From an uncultured Verrucomicrobiae bacterium (GTDB taxonomy: Bacteria; Verrucomicrobiota; Verrucomicrobiia; Chthoniobacterales; Chthoniobacteraceae): DNA of 64,000 nt. Under the pieces are notes generated by a model, which was not told the origin of the DNA, made no database searches, and saw only the letters and a list, made by a program, of their open reading frames with translations. Positions 44,623-54,292 of the stretch are shown here, in pieces; positions within the stretch are counted from its first letter, which is position 1, and each line of letters starts with the position of its first letter. Location of the stretch: NCBI GenBank assembly GCA_963828525.1, contig CAWHEP010000014.1:128001-192000 (forward strand), in the 5' to 3' direction. Made by a program: the position numbers and the translations under genes.

Positions 44623-44924
44623 GGCGTGGGGACATCTGGCTGGTTGATCTGGGTCTGGCGCAGAAAGTGCGGCCCGCGGTCATCCTCAGCGTGGCTTACC
44701 TGGACCACGAACGCGCGCTGATTACCTACGTGCCGCGGACCACCACCCTGCGGCAGACTCGCTTTGAAGTGGAGCATCGAGCCGGGGGCTTCGATCCCGG
44801 AGCCTTCGACGCCCAAAGCATCGGCACAATGCCGGCCGCCAAATTGGTGCGGCGCATCAGCGCCCTGGACGCGCAAACTTTGGCCAAAGTCGAGGATGCG
44901 GCGCGGGCTTGGCTGGCGCTTTAA
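44604..44924 (+). CDS. PemK/MazF family toxin
   Basis: RRGDIWLVDL...KVRPAVILS, VPRTT, QSIGT..KLVRRI. Confidence 0.88.
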   Translation: MARSEVRRGDIWLVDLGLAQKVRPAVILSVAYLDHERALITYVPRTTTLRQTRFEVEHRAGGFDPGAFDAQSIGTMPAAKLVRRISALDAQTLAKVEDAARAWLAL

Positions 44925-45179
44925 GCGGGGAAATAGGCTGGCGGCCCCCTTCCTTCGCCGCTGGAACTGATCGCGCGCGCAACGCCGTCCGCCTCCTACT
45001 GCTCACCCTGCTCTTCCTGGCAGGGCAGCCGGAGCTTTGCGCCTCGATCCCGAAAACTCGCGTCCGGGAATTTTTTTCCTTAGCCGCCCCACCCGCCCCG
45101 AAAATATCGCTGCAAGTGCCTGAGCTGCGGCTGGATAACCCGCTGCTGTACGGCGAGCTTGTGTCGGGTCAAACACTTT

Positions 45180-45308
45180 GGGAGGTTCTTGCAGACTGAT
45201 CCTATTCGTGTTTTGGCCAGCACGCGTGTTAGCCTCGGTCCACTCGCACAGAAAGGCTGGACGAATTTGTATGCCTATGGCGACAATAGCCCAATTGATT
45301 TGGTATAA
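45180..45308 (+). pseudogene. Second RHS core terminal fragment
   Basis: Manual translation GRFLQTDPIR...NLYAYGDNSPIDLV*. Confidence 0.7.
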
Positions 45309-45452
45309 TCGCCATTTGTATGCGCTCGGTTGCGACACCCAACAGACACGGTCGATCAATGATATAGGTATTTACATTGGATCGCGCGAAGTAGGTGTAA
45401 GGCGAGGTTGCGTCCGGGCCGAGCCAAGCCTTGCCATGGTGGCGGCGCTCCC

Positions 45453-46698
45453 CTACGCCGCGAGAAACGCCTCAGGCGTGATCCCGTGCAGCGCGAAAAG
45501 TCGCAGGATCGTCTCTTCGATAAGATTGTTCGGGCACGAAGCTCCGGCAGTGATGCCAGCCACGAAAGGCCGCTCGGGCAGCCAGTTCTCAGTGACGACT
45601 TCCTTTTTCTGGCGAAGGTCGTAATGGACAATCTGTTTCGTGGACTCGAGCCGGCTCGCATTCCTCACAAAATAGGTTGGCATCCTCTCTTCGCCCATTT
45701 CCGCGAGATGGGATGTGTTCGAACTGTTGTACCCGCCGATCACCAGCAGGAAATCCATTTTCTCAGCCAGCATCTCCCGCAACGCGTCCTGCCGCTCCTG
45801 CGTCGCTCCGCAGATCGTATCGAAAAAGCGGAAGTTGCGACCCGCTTCTTCCCCTGTGTCCCGGTCTCGGATTGCCGCGTTGATTCTTCGCTGCACTTCC
45901 TCCGTCTCGCCGCGGAGCATTGTCGTCTGGTTGGCCACTCCGACGGTTTTCAAATGCACGTCGGGGTCAAACCCCGGCGAATGCGCGCCGCGAAACTTCT
46001 CGAGGAATTTTCCCTTGTCGCCGCCATGCCGGATGTACTCGCAGACGTAGTCGGTCTCATCCAGCGTCAGCACCACGAGATAGTGTCCATGCCCGTTGTA
46101 AATCGCCCGCGAACTCGTGGCCTTCGTCTCCTCATGCTCCGCCTTGCCATGGATGATGGATGTCGCGTTCTCATTGGCATACTGTCGCACGCGCTTCCAC
46201 ACGCTCATCACGTCGCCGCAGGTCGTATCGACGATCTGGCAGCCCTTTTCGCGCAGTTTCTCCGAGCGTCGAAACTTCGGTGCCAAACGCGGGTACGATC
46301 ACGACGTCCTCCGCCGTCAGGTCATCGACTTCCGCCTCCCGGCGTTCTCCGATGAGGTTTTTGATGCCGAGCGTCGAAATCTGCTCGTTCACCTCCGGGT
46401 TGTGGATGATCTCGCCGAGAATGAAAAGACGGCGATCCTGAAAAACCTTTCGCGCCGCGTACGCGAGATCGATGGCGCGCTCCACCCCGTAGCAAAAGCC
46501 GAATTGCTTCGCGAGTTTTAGCGTTATTCCGCCGTAGCTGATGACGCCGCCGCTATTCCGCAGCTTCTCTACGATCTCGCTGCGGTAGTGCGACTCCACC
46601 TGCGCCTGCACCGCCGTCATTACGTCCGGCGTGCGCAGGTTCACCCGGGCCGGCTTTGCCGTGGGCTTTTCAGGGAGCGGGCTGGCGAGTGGAACCAT
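45453..46698 (-). CDS. ispH: 4-hydroxy-3-methylbut-2-enyl diphosphate reductase, apparent indel at about 46263
   Basis: FGFCYGVERA, EIIHNP, DTTCGDV, HEET, NQTT, DTICGATQERQ, SSNT, AGASCP. Confidence 0.95.
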
Positions 46699-46699
46699 C

Positions 46700-47359
46700 T
46701 TACTGAAGAAGCGGACCCTGCGGCTTCGCAAACACGCGCGAAGAGACCATATAGGAAGGCGCGGGATCTGGATCCTTGTAGTCGTTGGGACGAGGGACAT
46801 GCGCTCCGAGGGTGGCGTCCTCCGGTTGGCTCTCGGCAATGTTCACTGGCGTGCCGATCCTCACCAGCGCGAAAAATCTCGGCGCCGCGCTCGGGTGGAG
46901 GCGCAGGCACCCATGCGTGTGCGGGATGGGCCAGACATACCCCTGATGGAAGCCGTAAGCAGGGGCGAACTCCACCCACCACGCCATCGGGTAGCCGACA
47001 TAATGGTATCCCGCGCCGGGTGAAACGCCGCTCAGACCCGGACGAACATCATCTCCACGCGCCCAGAATCCATAGGAGCCGGACCGCTTGTCCGCCTGCT
47101 TGTTAAAGACCCGGAAGTTCCCGCGCGGGGTCGGCTTGCCAGCCATGCCCACCGTGGTCGCCGCCACCATCAAAGGACGCTCGCCCTCCATCACATACAC
47201 GACCTGCTTGGATAGTGAAACTTTGACCCGCACATTGGATGGGTTGTGAGGCTTGTAAGCCACCACGCTGTAGCTGCCCATGTTCGGAGCGATTGCGCAT
47301 CCGGAAAGGAATGCGGCGCACAGACAGAGGGGGATCAGAAGGTATCGAAGGGATTTCAT
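46700..47359 (-). CDS. L,D-transpeptidase (YkuD) family lipoprotein
   Basis: Lipobox LSGC, TPRGNF, GFHQG...HTHGCLRL. Confidence 0.9.
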   Translation of the reverse strand: MKSLRYLLIPLCLCAAFLSGCAIAPNMGSYSVVAYKPHNPSNVRVKVSLSKQVVYVMEGERPLMVAATTVGMAGKPTPRGNFRVFNKQADKRSGSYGFWARGDDVRPGLSGVSPGAGYHYVGYPMAWWVEFAPAYGFHQGYVWPIPHTHGCLRLHPSAAPRFFALVRIGTPVNIAESQPEDATLGAHVPRPNDYKDPDPAPSYMVSSRVFAKPQGPLLQ

Positions 47360-47478
47360 CACGATATGCAAAAGCTCATCGCCCGGTTTTTGTCAACCAT
47401 TCCTTCTCAGACGAAAACCCGCCAGGTTCGGAATGACCGCAAATGTCTTGCCCGATATTTTATGACTTGAGTGACTTA

Positions 47479-49068
47479 TCAAGCGGGACTCGAGGTGCTG
47501 GACAACTCCTCCGCGCGTGGAGCCACGTCGTCCGGAGCGCCTGGCGCGGGCTTGCTCGATCCCCAACTCCTCCATCCTTCGGTCGCTTCCAGCCAACCCC
47601 ACTTTCCAAGGGTTTTTACGAGGATGGTTATATCCCCGCGGCTGAGGGTGAAGCCATTTGTAAGGCGGCGGCGGCCACAATTCTGTCTGCCCAGCAATCC
47701 CAAGGCGCGACGGCGGCGGGCGATGGCCGCGAACCGCCCGTTGTAAAAACGCATGAGGTGGAAGACAGGGCGCGAGGATGGGGTGCTGAATGGCGGCATG
47801 AGCAGCGCCTTGACTCCAAGCAGGAAGGGTTGAGTCACAATGCCCAGATAGTACAGGCCGAGGTCCAGCAGGAAGGCGAGGCCAAGCAGATCGAACTCGC
47901 CTAGATACTCATACTTATCCCGGTAGACGGCTTCAAACCATGAGCGGTAGCTCAGGGAAAACGCTTCGTTCTGGGAAGCGATCCGCTCCGAAATGGATTC
48001 ACCTTCAAACTGAGCTCCGATGAGGTCCGCGGCGCTGCTTGCGGTGAAAGCAATCCAGTCCATGCCTGGACTGTAGAATGGATCGAGGAAGCCGGCGGCG
48101 TCTCCGACCAGCGCAAACCCGTCTCCCACGAGTGTTTTGGTGCTGTATGCCAGGTTCTTTCGCCAATGCGCGTCGTCCTCCACGATTTGCGCGTCCGCGA
48201 GCATTTCGCGGGCGACTGGATGGCGCATGAGAAAGCTTTTCAGTCGCTCGCCGAGATTCCCCCCGTCCTTGGGCCATTCCACCAGCCTCTGGTCGAAGAC
48301 GACGCCGATGCTGACGTCGCCCCCCTTAAGAGGAATCCACCAGCTCCACCAGCCATCGCCGATGACATGATTCGTGGCGGTTCCCCGGATGCCATAGGGC
48401 GCGGCTGCCCATTCCGGATACTTTTCCGCCAGGTCACTGCCGTCCCAATCTTTCACGCCGGTCCATCTGCCCCAGGCAGCCGAGGTCGGATGCTCCAGGT
48501 TGGGTTGCCACCACCCTTCCTGACGCGCGAGGAGGGCCGCGACTCCGGAAGCATCGACAACCCATCTTGCGCGAAGCTCGCGGGAGAAATCCCCCTGCCG
48601 GATCGTCATCGTCTGCTCGCCTCCAGCCGCGAGCTTCACTTTGCTCACGGAGGCGGGGCGGATGATCTGCGCGCCGGCTTCACCCGCTCGCCGCAGAACC
48701 TCCTCGTCGAGCACAGAGCGGTCGATCTGATAAGAGGGCAACCGCACTTGATATCGCGGGCCGATTTCGCTGGCATCATCAAGCGCTGCCACGTCCTCGT
48801 TGGCAAACCAGAATCGAAGGCCTTGCTTGACCAGATGCGATTCGTTCAGGTGCTTTGTCAATCCGAGAACACGCCCCATGAAGAAGGCGCTGATTTCAAC
48901 GGTGGCTTCTCCGACCCGCCGCGTCAGTCGCGCGGACTTCTCCACGATGAGCACCCGCAGCCTGGGAGCGCGTTTGAGCAACAATAGAGCGGTGGAGGCG
49001 CCGGACAACGCGCCGCCGATTACCACGACGTCATACGGTTTGTCATCGTCGCCAAGCCCGGGAAACAT
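47479..49068 (-). CDS. Flavin-dependent halogenase-like oxidoreductase A
   Basis: GGALSG, RVGEATVE, HLVKQGLRFWF, WSWWIP, GDAAGFLDPFYSPG. Confidence 0.8.
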   Translation of the reverse strand: MFPGLGDDDKPYDVVVIGGALSGASTALLLLKRAPRLRVLIVEKSARLTRRVGEATVEISAFFMGRVLGLTKHLNESHLVKQGLRFWFANEDVAALDDASEIGPRYQVRLPSYQIDRSVLDEEVLRRAGEAGAQIIRPASVSKVKLAAGGEQTMTIRQGDFSRELRARWVVDASGVAALLARQEGWWQPNLEHPTSAAWGRWTGVKDWDGSDLAEKYPEWAAAPYGIRGTATNHVIGDGWWSWWIPLKGGDVSIGVVFDQRLVEWPKDGGNLGERLKSFLMRHPVAREMLADAQIVEDDAHWRKNLAYSTKTLVGDGFALVGDAAGFLDPFYSPGMDWIAFTASSAADLIGAQFEGESISERIASQNEAFSLSYRSWFEAVYRDKYEYLGEFDLLGLAFLLDLGLYYLGIVTQPFLLGVKALLMPPFSTPSSRPVFHLMRFYNGRFAAIARRRRALGLLGRQNCGRRRLTNGFTLSRGDITILVKTLGKWGWLEATEGWRSWGSSKPAPGAPDDVAPRAEELSSTSSPA

Positions 49069-49162
49069 GGGTGAACCATTAAAGCCAATCCTGTCGCCGA
49101 GCAAAGGGAACCTCGAATGGACTGGTGCAAACGAAGTTCAAAGCTGCTAGGATGGCCGCTCA

Positions 49163-50476
49163 ATGCAATCTTGCTATGACGTCGCAATCATCGGCGGGGG
49201 CCCGGCTGGCAGTACCGCCGCCACCTTCCTGGCGCGGATGGGCCATAAGGTTGTTGTTCTGGAAAAAGAAAAGTTTCCCCGGTTTCACATTGGCGAATCG
49301 CTCCTGCCGTACAGCATGAGCGCTTTCGAGCGTCTAGGGGTGAGAGAGAAGCTGAGCGCGCGTTTCATGCCGAAGCATGGCGCGGAAATAACAACCACCT
49401 GCTCTACGAAGGGCGCGAAGTTTTTCTTCAAGGATGGATATAAGGCAAAGCATCCGCACGCTTACCAGGTTACGCGCTCTGAGTTTGATAAGGTGCTCCT
49501 GGATCACTCCGGCGAAAACGGAGCGGAGGTTCTGGAAGAGACATCTGTCGAGCAGTTGACGTTTGGCGAGGAAGCCGTCCGTGTGACGTTGAAAAACGCG
49601 GGAGCGACTCGCGACATTTCAGCGCGTTACATACTGGATTGCAGCGGCAGGAGCACCGTGATCGGCAACTACTTCCGCCTAAAGAAGACCTACACCCACC
49701 TGAAAAAGTTCTCCGTCTTCGCTCATTACGAGAACGTTGACAGGGATGGAGGTCTTGAAGGAACCTTTATCCGACTCGTCCGCGCGCGGACTCAATGGTA
49801 TTGGATGATCCCCCTGACAGAAGAGAGGATGAGCATCGGTTTGGTCATGGATGCGGCGGAGTTCAAAGCGCGCAAGAAGTCCCCTGAAGAAGTTCTTGAA
49901 GAGAGCCTGCGGGAGCAACCGGCGATCCGCGAACGCATCGCGCGCGCAAGGCGCGTCACAGAGGTTTACTCGGCGGGCGATTATTCCTACAGGAACAGCA
50001 GCCTTGCGGGGGAACGCTGGCTTCTTGCGGGGGACGCGGCTGGATTTATTGACCCTGTCTTTAGCACAGGCGTATTCCTGGCGATCCGCTCAGGCGAGGA
50101 AGCCGCGCACGCCTTGGACGAGGCGATCCGCCTCCCCAAGAGGAGGGCGGCTGCTTTTAGAGATTACGAGCGCGGAGTAAATCGCGTGATGGATCTCTAT
50201 CTTCGTTTCGTCACGAATTGGTACAAGCCCCAATTCGCCGAAGTCATCACAAACCCGGTGCATCACCTGCAACTGGCCCCAGTCGTTAATTCCGTTCTGG
50301 CTGGCAACCTGAGTAACAGCTTCTCGGTATGGTGGCGCATGCAGTTATTCTATCTCGTCGTGTTTCTGCAGCAATACCTGCCACTTTGTCCGCGTTTGTC
50401 TTTGGTGCGAGGGTCGGGCGGTGCTGGAGAGTCGGATGAGCAGCCCTCCGCCGCCGTGACTACGGCGAGCTCTTAA
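49163..50476 (+). CDS. Flavin-dependent halogenase-like oxidoreductase B
   Basis: GGGPAG, FPRFHIGESLLP, PKHGA, WYWMIP, GDAAGFIDPVFSTG. Confidence 0.82.
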   Translation: MQSCYDVAIIGGGPAGSTAATFLARMGHKVVVLEKEKFPRFHIGESLLPYSMSAFERLGVREKLSARFMPKHGAEITTTCSTKGAKFFFKDGYKAKHPHAYQVTRSEFDKVLLDHSGENGAEVLEETSVEQLTFGEEAVRVTLKNAGATRDISARYILDCSGRSTVIGNYFRLKKTYTHLKKFSVFAHYENVDRDGGLEGTFIRLVRARTQWYWMIPLTEERMSIGLVMDAAEFKARKKSPEEVLEESLREQPAIRERIARARRVTEVYSAGDYSYRNSSLAGERWLLAGDAAGFIDPVFSTGVFLAIRSGEEAAHALDEAIRLPKRRAAAFRDYERGVNRVMDLYLRFVTNWYKPQFAEVITNPVHHLQLAPVVNSVLAGNLSNSFSVWWRMQLFYLVVFLQQYLPLCPRLSLVRGSGGAGESDEQPSAAVTTASS

Positions 50477-50517
50477 TTGCAATTGGAGTTTTCACTCCGC
50501 CGGGACAGAATTAATCC

Positions 50518-51300
50518 ATGAAGGTCATCATTTTATGCGGAGGCAGAGGCACACGGCTGCGAGAGGAAACGGAATTCCGTCCCAAGCCAATGGTTCCCGT
50601 GGGCGGCTATCCGATTCTGTGGCACATCATGAAAATTTACGCCCAATACGGGCACAAGGAGTTCATCCTTTGTCTTGGTTACAAGGGCGATCAGATCAAG
50701 GAATACTTCCGTAACTACCTCTGGAATACCTGCGACATCACCCTTTCGCTCGGTCGCGAGCAGGGCGTTGTTTATCATGACCGGCATCGCGAGGAAGATT
50801 GGAAAGTGACACTTGCCGACACCGGGGAGAATTCGATGACGGCCTATCGAGTTAAAAAAGCGCAGCGGTACGTGGAACCGGGCGAACCGTTTCTTCTCAC
50901 CTACGGAGACGGCGTGGCGAACATCGACGTGAATCGCTCAATCGAGGAGCACAAGAAGAGCGGCAAAATTTGCACGATCTCCGCGATGCACCCTGCTGGC
51001 CGCTTCGGATGGCTGAGCATCGACCCTGAAGGGGCGATCCACACTTTCAAGGAAAAACCACAGATTGAAGAAAGCTACGTAAACGGCGGCTTCATGGTCT
51101 GCGATCACCGGATGTTCGATTACCTGCCGGATGATCCAGGAGTCATGCTCGAACAGGAGCCGATCATGTCGCTCGCGCGCGATGGGCAGCTTCACTCCTA
51201 TAAACATGAGGGCTTCTGGCAGCCGATGGATACATACCAGGAGACACAGCATCTGAACAAGCTCTGGGCCGAAAACAAGGCGGCCTGGAAGACCTGGTAG
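50518..51300 (+). CDS. rfbF: Glucose-1-phosphate cytidylyltransferase
   Basis: LCGGRGTRLREET..PKPMV, LGYKG, LTYGDGV, GFWQPMDT. Confidence 0.92.
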   Translation: MKVIILCGGRGTRLREETEFRPKPMVPVGGYPILWHIMKIYAQYGHKEFILCLGYKGDQIKEYFRNYLWNTCDITLSLGREQGVVYHDRHREEDWKVTLADTGENSMTAYRVKKAQRYVEPGEPFLLTYGDGVANIDVNRSIEEHKKSGKICTISAMHPAGRFGWLSIDPEGAIHTFKEKPQIEESYVNGGFMVCDHRMFDYLPDDPGVMLEQEPIMSLARDGQLHSYKHEGFWQPMDTYQETQHLNKLWAENKAAWKTW

Positions 51301-51337
51301 ATCCCGCGCGGATTGAGGAGTTGCAGCTTCTCTGAAC

Positions 51338-52699
51338 GTGCGATCCAGTAATTCACCGTCCGGCCCGGCGGGACACTGGCTGCTCGGAAATCTGCCCGAA
51401 CGGCGCGCGGCTCCGTTGGAACTTTTTCAGCGCGCTGCCAGCAATTACCCGGGGCCGCTGGTCGCGATGCGGATGGCCACCCGCCGGGTCCTTCTGATCA
51501 CGGAACCGGACGTGGCGCGCCAGGTTCTTCAGGATCATGGCAAGTATTTCGAGCGGGGCATGAGCGGCGCGGTTCTTGAGCCATTGCTGGGGAAAGGCTT
51601 GCTCACCAGCGAGGGGGAAGTTTGGCGGCGACAGCGCCGACTCGCGCAACCGGCATTCCACCGCGCTCATCTGTCCACGCTGACGGAGATGCTGCAGGGC
51701 GAAGTGACGGCGCAATTTGAGCGGATTGCAGAGGCCCAAGGCCCGATGGAGATAACAGGATTCTTTCAGGGCCTCGCCCTTCGAGTGGTGGCGAAGGCTC
51801 TCTTCGGGACGGCGATGGCAGATCAAACTGTTGTGCGCATCAGTAATCTGCTGGGCAGCCTCATGCGCGAGAGTAACGCAAACATGCTGTCACTGATGCC
51901 GCTGCCCCCGTTCCTCTGGACTCCCAGAAGAAGGCGCATCCGGAAGATTGCGGACGCCTTGCGGACATTGATCCGCGGCATTATCGAAGAACGCCGTCAG
52001 CATCCCACCGCTTTTCCCGATCTCTTGAACCTGCTCCTGTCGGCTCATGATCAGGAGACGGATGCGGGCATGAGTGATGAGCTTCTTCGCGATGAAGTCA
52101 TGACGTTGCTCATGGCCGGACACGAGACGACCGCCAGCGCGCTGGCCTGGGCGACAATCCTCCTTGCGCGCAATCCGCATGAGTCTCGTCGGGCTCATGA
52201 AGAAGCAACCGCAGCATGTGGGAGCCGCTCGTTCGAGGAACTCTTTGGAATGGAGCGGCTCGGGCGGATCATCGATGAAACACTTCGCCTGTACCCGCCA
52301 GCGTGGATTTTCTCACGGGAGATCACGGCGTCTGCTCTCGTTGCGGAGCACCCGGCTTACACAATAGGGAATTACGTCGTCAGGCGTCAGGACATCCTTG
52401 TTATCTGCCCCTACATATTGCATCGCGATGACCGGACGTGGCCCGAAGCCGATCACTTCGATCCGGACCGCTTTTCTGAGGGGCGGCTGAGCGAGAGACA
52501 GAGGGCCGCATACCTCCCCTTTGGGGCTGGGCCGCGTCAGTGCATCGGGAATAACTTCGCCCGTTTGGAGATGCTGGCAGTCCTGAGCCAAATGTTGTCA
52601 CGATTCCGGCCGGAAATGGTTTCCGAAACAACTGAACCGGAGCCACTCTTGACTCTGCGTCCCCGGTCCCCGGTGTTCGCGCGATTCCATCCCGCTTAG
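51338..52699 (+). CDS. Cytochrome P450
   Basis: AGHETT, ETLRLYPP, PDRF, PFGAGPRQCIG. Confidence 0.96.
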   Translation: MRSSNSPSGPAGHWLLGNLPERRAAPLELFQRAASNYPGPLVAMRMATRRVLLITEPDVARQVLQDHGKYFERGMSGAVLEPLLGKGLLTSEGEVWRRQRRLAQPAFHRAHLSTLTEMLQGEVTAQFERIAEAQGPMEITGFFQGLALRVVAKALFGTAMADQTVVRISNLLGSLMRESNANMLSLMPLPPFLWTPRRRRIRKIADALRTLIRGIIEERRQHPTAFPDLLNLLLSAHDQETDAGMSDELLRDEVMTLLMAGHETTASALAWATILLARNPHESRRAHEEATAACGSRSFEELFGMERLGRIIDETLRLYPPAWIFSREITASALVAEHPAYTIGNYVVRRQDILVICPYILHRDDRTWPEADHFDPDRFSEGRLSERQRAAYLPFGAGPRQCIGNNFARLEMLAVLSQMLSRFRPEMVSETTEPEPLLTLRPRSPVFARFHPA

Positions 52700-52727
52700 A
52701 GAAAGTCGAGGCTCGGAAGCGCGTTCT

Positions 52728-53195
52728 TCACAGATCTGGCTGCGGTTCAACTCGGGCAACGCGCGGCGCCCGGAGATAGTAAATAGCGATTGCGATCTGG
52801 CTGACAGCCACCACCGCCGTTGCGAGAAAGTAGGCCTGCTGCAGTAACGTGACGGCGCTGGCCGCCATGTCTCCCGGTAATCCTTCTTCGCTGAGCGCCG
52901 ACAGCATGCCGGGCGCTGACCAGGATTGCCTTAAAAGGTAGGCGCATGCGATGATTCCCAGTATGATCTGGTTCCAAAAACCAAGCGTCGCTCCTCGAGG
53001 ATCATTCTGCGCGAACAACTTGCAGACCCGGCGTTCAGACCATCCGAGGATGCCAAGCGCCAGGGCGATGCCTGCCAGAAGAAATGAAGGGGAAAAGATG
53101 ACCTGGAGCAGAGTAAGACCCGCGCAGATCACAAGCGTTACCCAGATCGTCGCGGAAAGTTTCCGGCGTCGGGCAAAAGCTTTTGTCACATCCAC
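52728..53195 (-). CDS. Hypothetical membrane protein
   Basis: Four hydrophobic segments; GTG start at 53195 avoids overlap with the nuclease gene. Confidence 0.6.
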   Translation of the reverse strand: MDVTKAFARRRKLSATIWVTLVICAGLTLLQVIFSPSFLLAGIALALGILGWSERRVCKLFAQNDPRGATLGFWNQIILGIIACAYLLRQSWSAPGMLSALSEEGLPGDMAASAVTLLQQAYFLATAVVAVSQIAIAIYYLRAPRVARVEPQPDL

Positions 53196-53205
53196 AAGGG
53201 GGAAG

Positions 53206-54292
53206 GTGGCTTGCTTTCGCGGTCTGGTCACGATCTTAGTACCTCGCGCTTTCTGTTTCCCATGCGAGCGGCTGGGGGAGCGATGGGCACGAGATCATTG
53301 GAGCCATCGCGCAGGCGCGCCTCACATCGAGCAATGCTCGGCGTAAAATCCAGGAGTTGCTGGGCGCTGAAAATCTAAGCGAGGTTTCCACATGGGCGGA
53401 TGCCGTGAAGAGGGTCGAGCCATGGCAACTGAAGCGACCCGTTGGCTTGGAACAACGCAAGCTCGCGGGCGATCCGGACTCCATCGCTTTTGTCGAGCGC
53501 TATCACCCTCAATCAAATCCACAGACGCACAAGCTGCTGCAAGGCAGCATCTCCTGGCACTACGTGGATATTCCTATCGGCGCCACCGGCTATAATGACG
53601 CCGTGATTCAGCCGCCGATGCGTGAAAGGGCGCCTTTAGGTGATGTGGTGGGCAAGATCGGCGATTGTATCCGCGTCCTCGTTGATGCCTCTGCTCCGTC
53701 GGAAGGGGCCTTCGGGAAGCGGAACGCGCTCCGGATGCTTGTGCATCTGGCGGAGGACATCCATCAGCCTCTGCACGTCGGATGCTGCTACATCGCCACA
53801 ACCGCTGCAAGCCCGGCCGAGGTTCTCGTCCGCGATCCGAAGCTGGCGCAAGAGCAGCATTTGCAGAGTGACGAGGGAGGCAACCTCTTGTTCCTGTCCA
53901 AAGGAACGGCGGCGGAGAACCTTCATCGGTTCTGGGATGACGACCTCGTCAAAGACGCGGAGAATGCCAATCCCGGCGGGCGGAGCGCGATGATAGAGAG
54001 GCTCTCCCATCTGCAGGCAGCCGCGGACTGGAGTGTGGATGGATCTCTTGATGAGTGGGGCACGCGTTGCGCGGACGATACTCTGGTGGTGGCGCGGCGG
54101 GCATATCAGGGGGTCGCCGTGAGCGATCCATCGCCACGTTCCATCAAGACCGCTCTCGGGCCTGCAAGCGGTTTTGCCGTCACTCTTCCTTTCGGCTACG
54201 AAGCCGACATGTCGCGCGTCGCGGACAAGCAGATCGCAAAGGCTGGGTATCGGCTGGCGCGGCTTCTGGACCAGATCTGGCCCGATCCCTAG
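53206..54292 (+). CDS. S1/P1 nuclease, apparent indel in the signal peptide at about 53241
   Basis: Mature N-terminus WGSDGH at 53273, WAD, WHYVD, HLAEDIHQPLH, DEGGN, NLHRFWD, AGYRLA. Confidence 0.9.
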
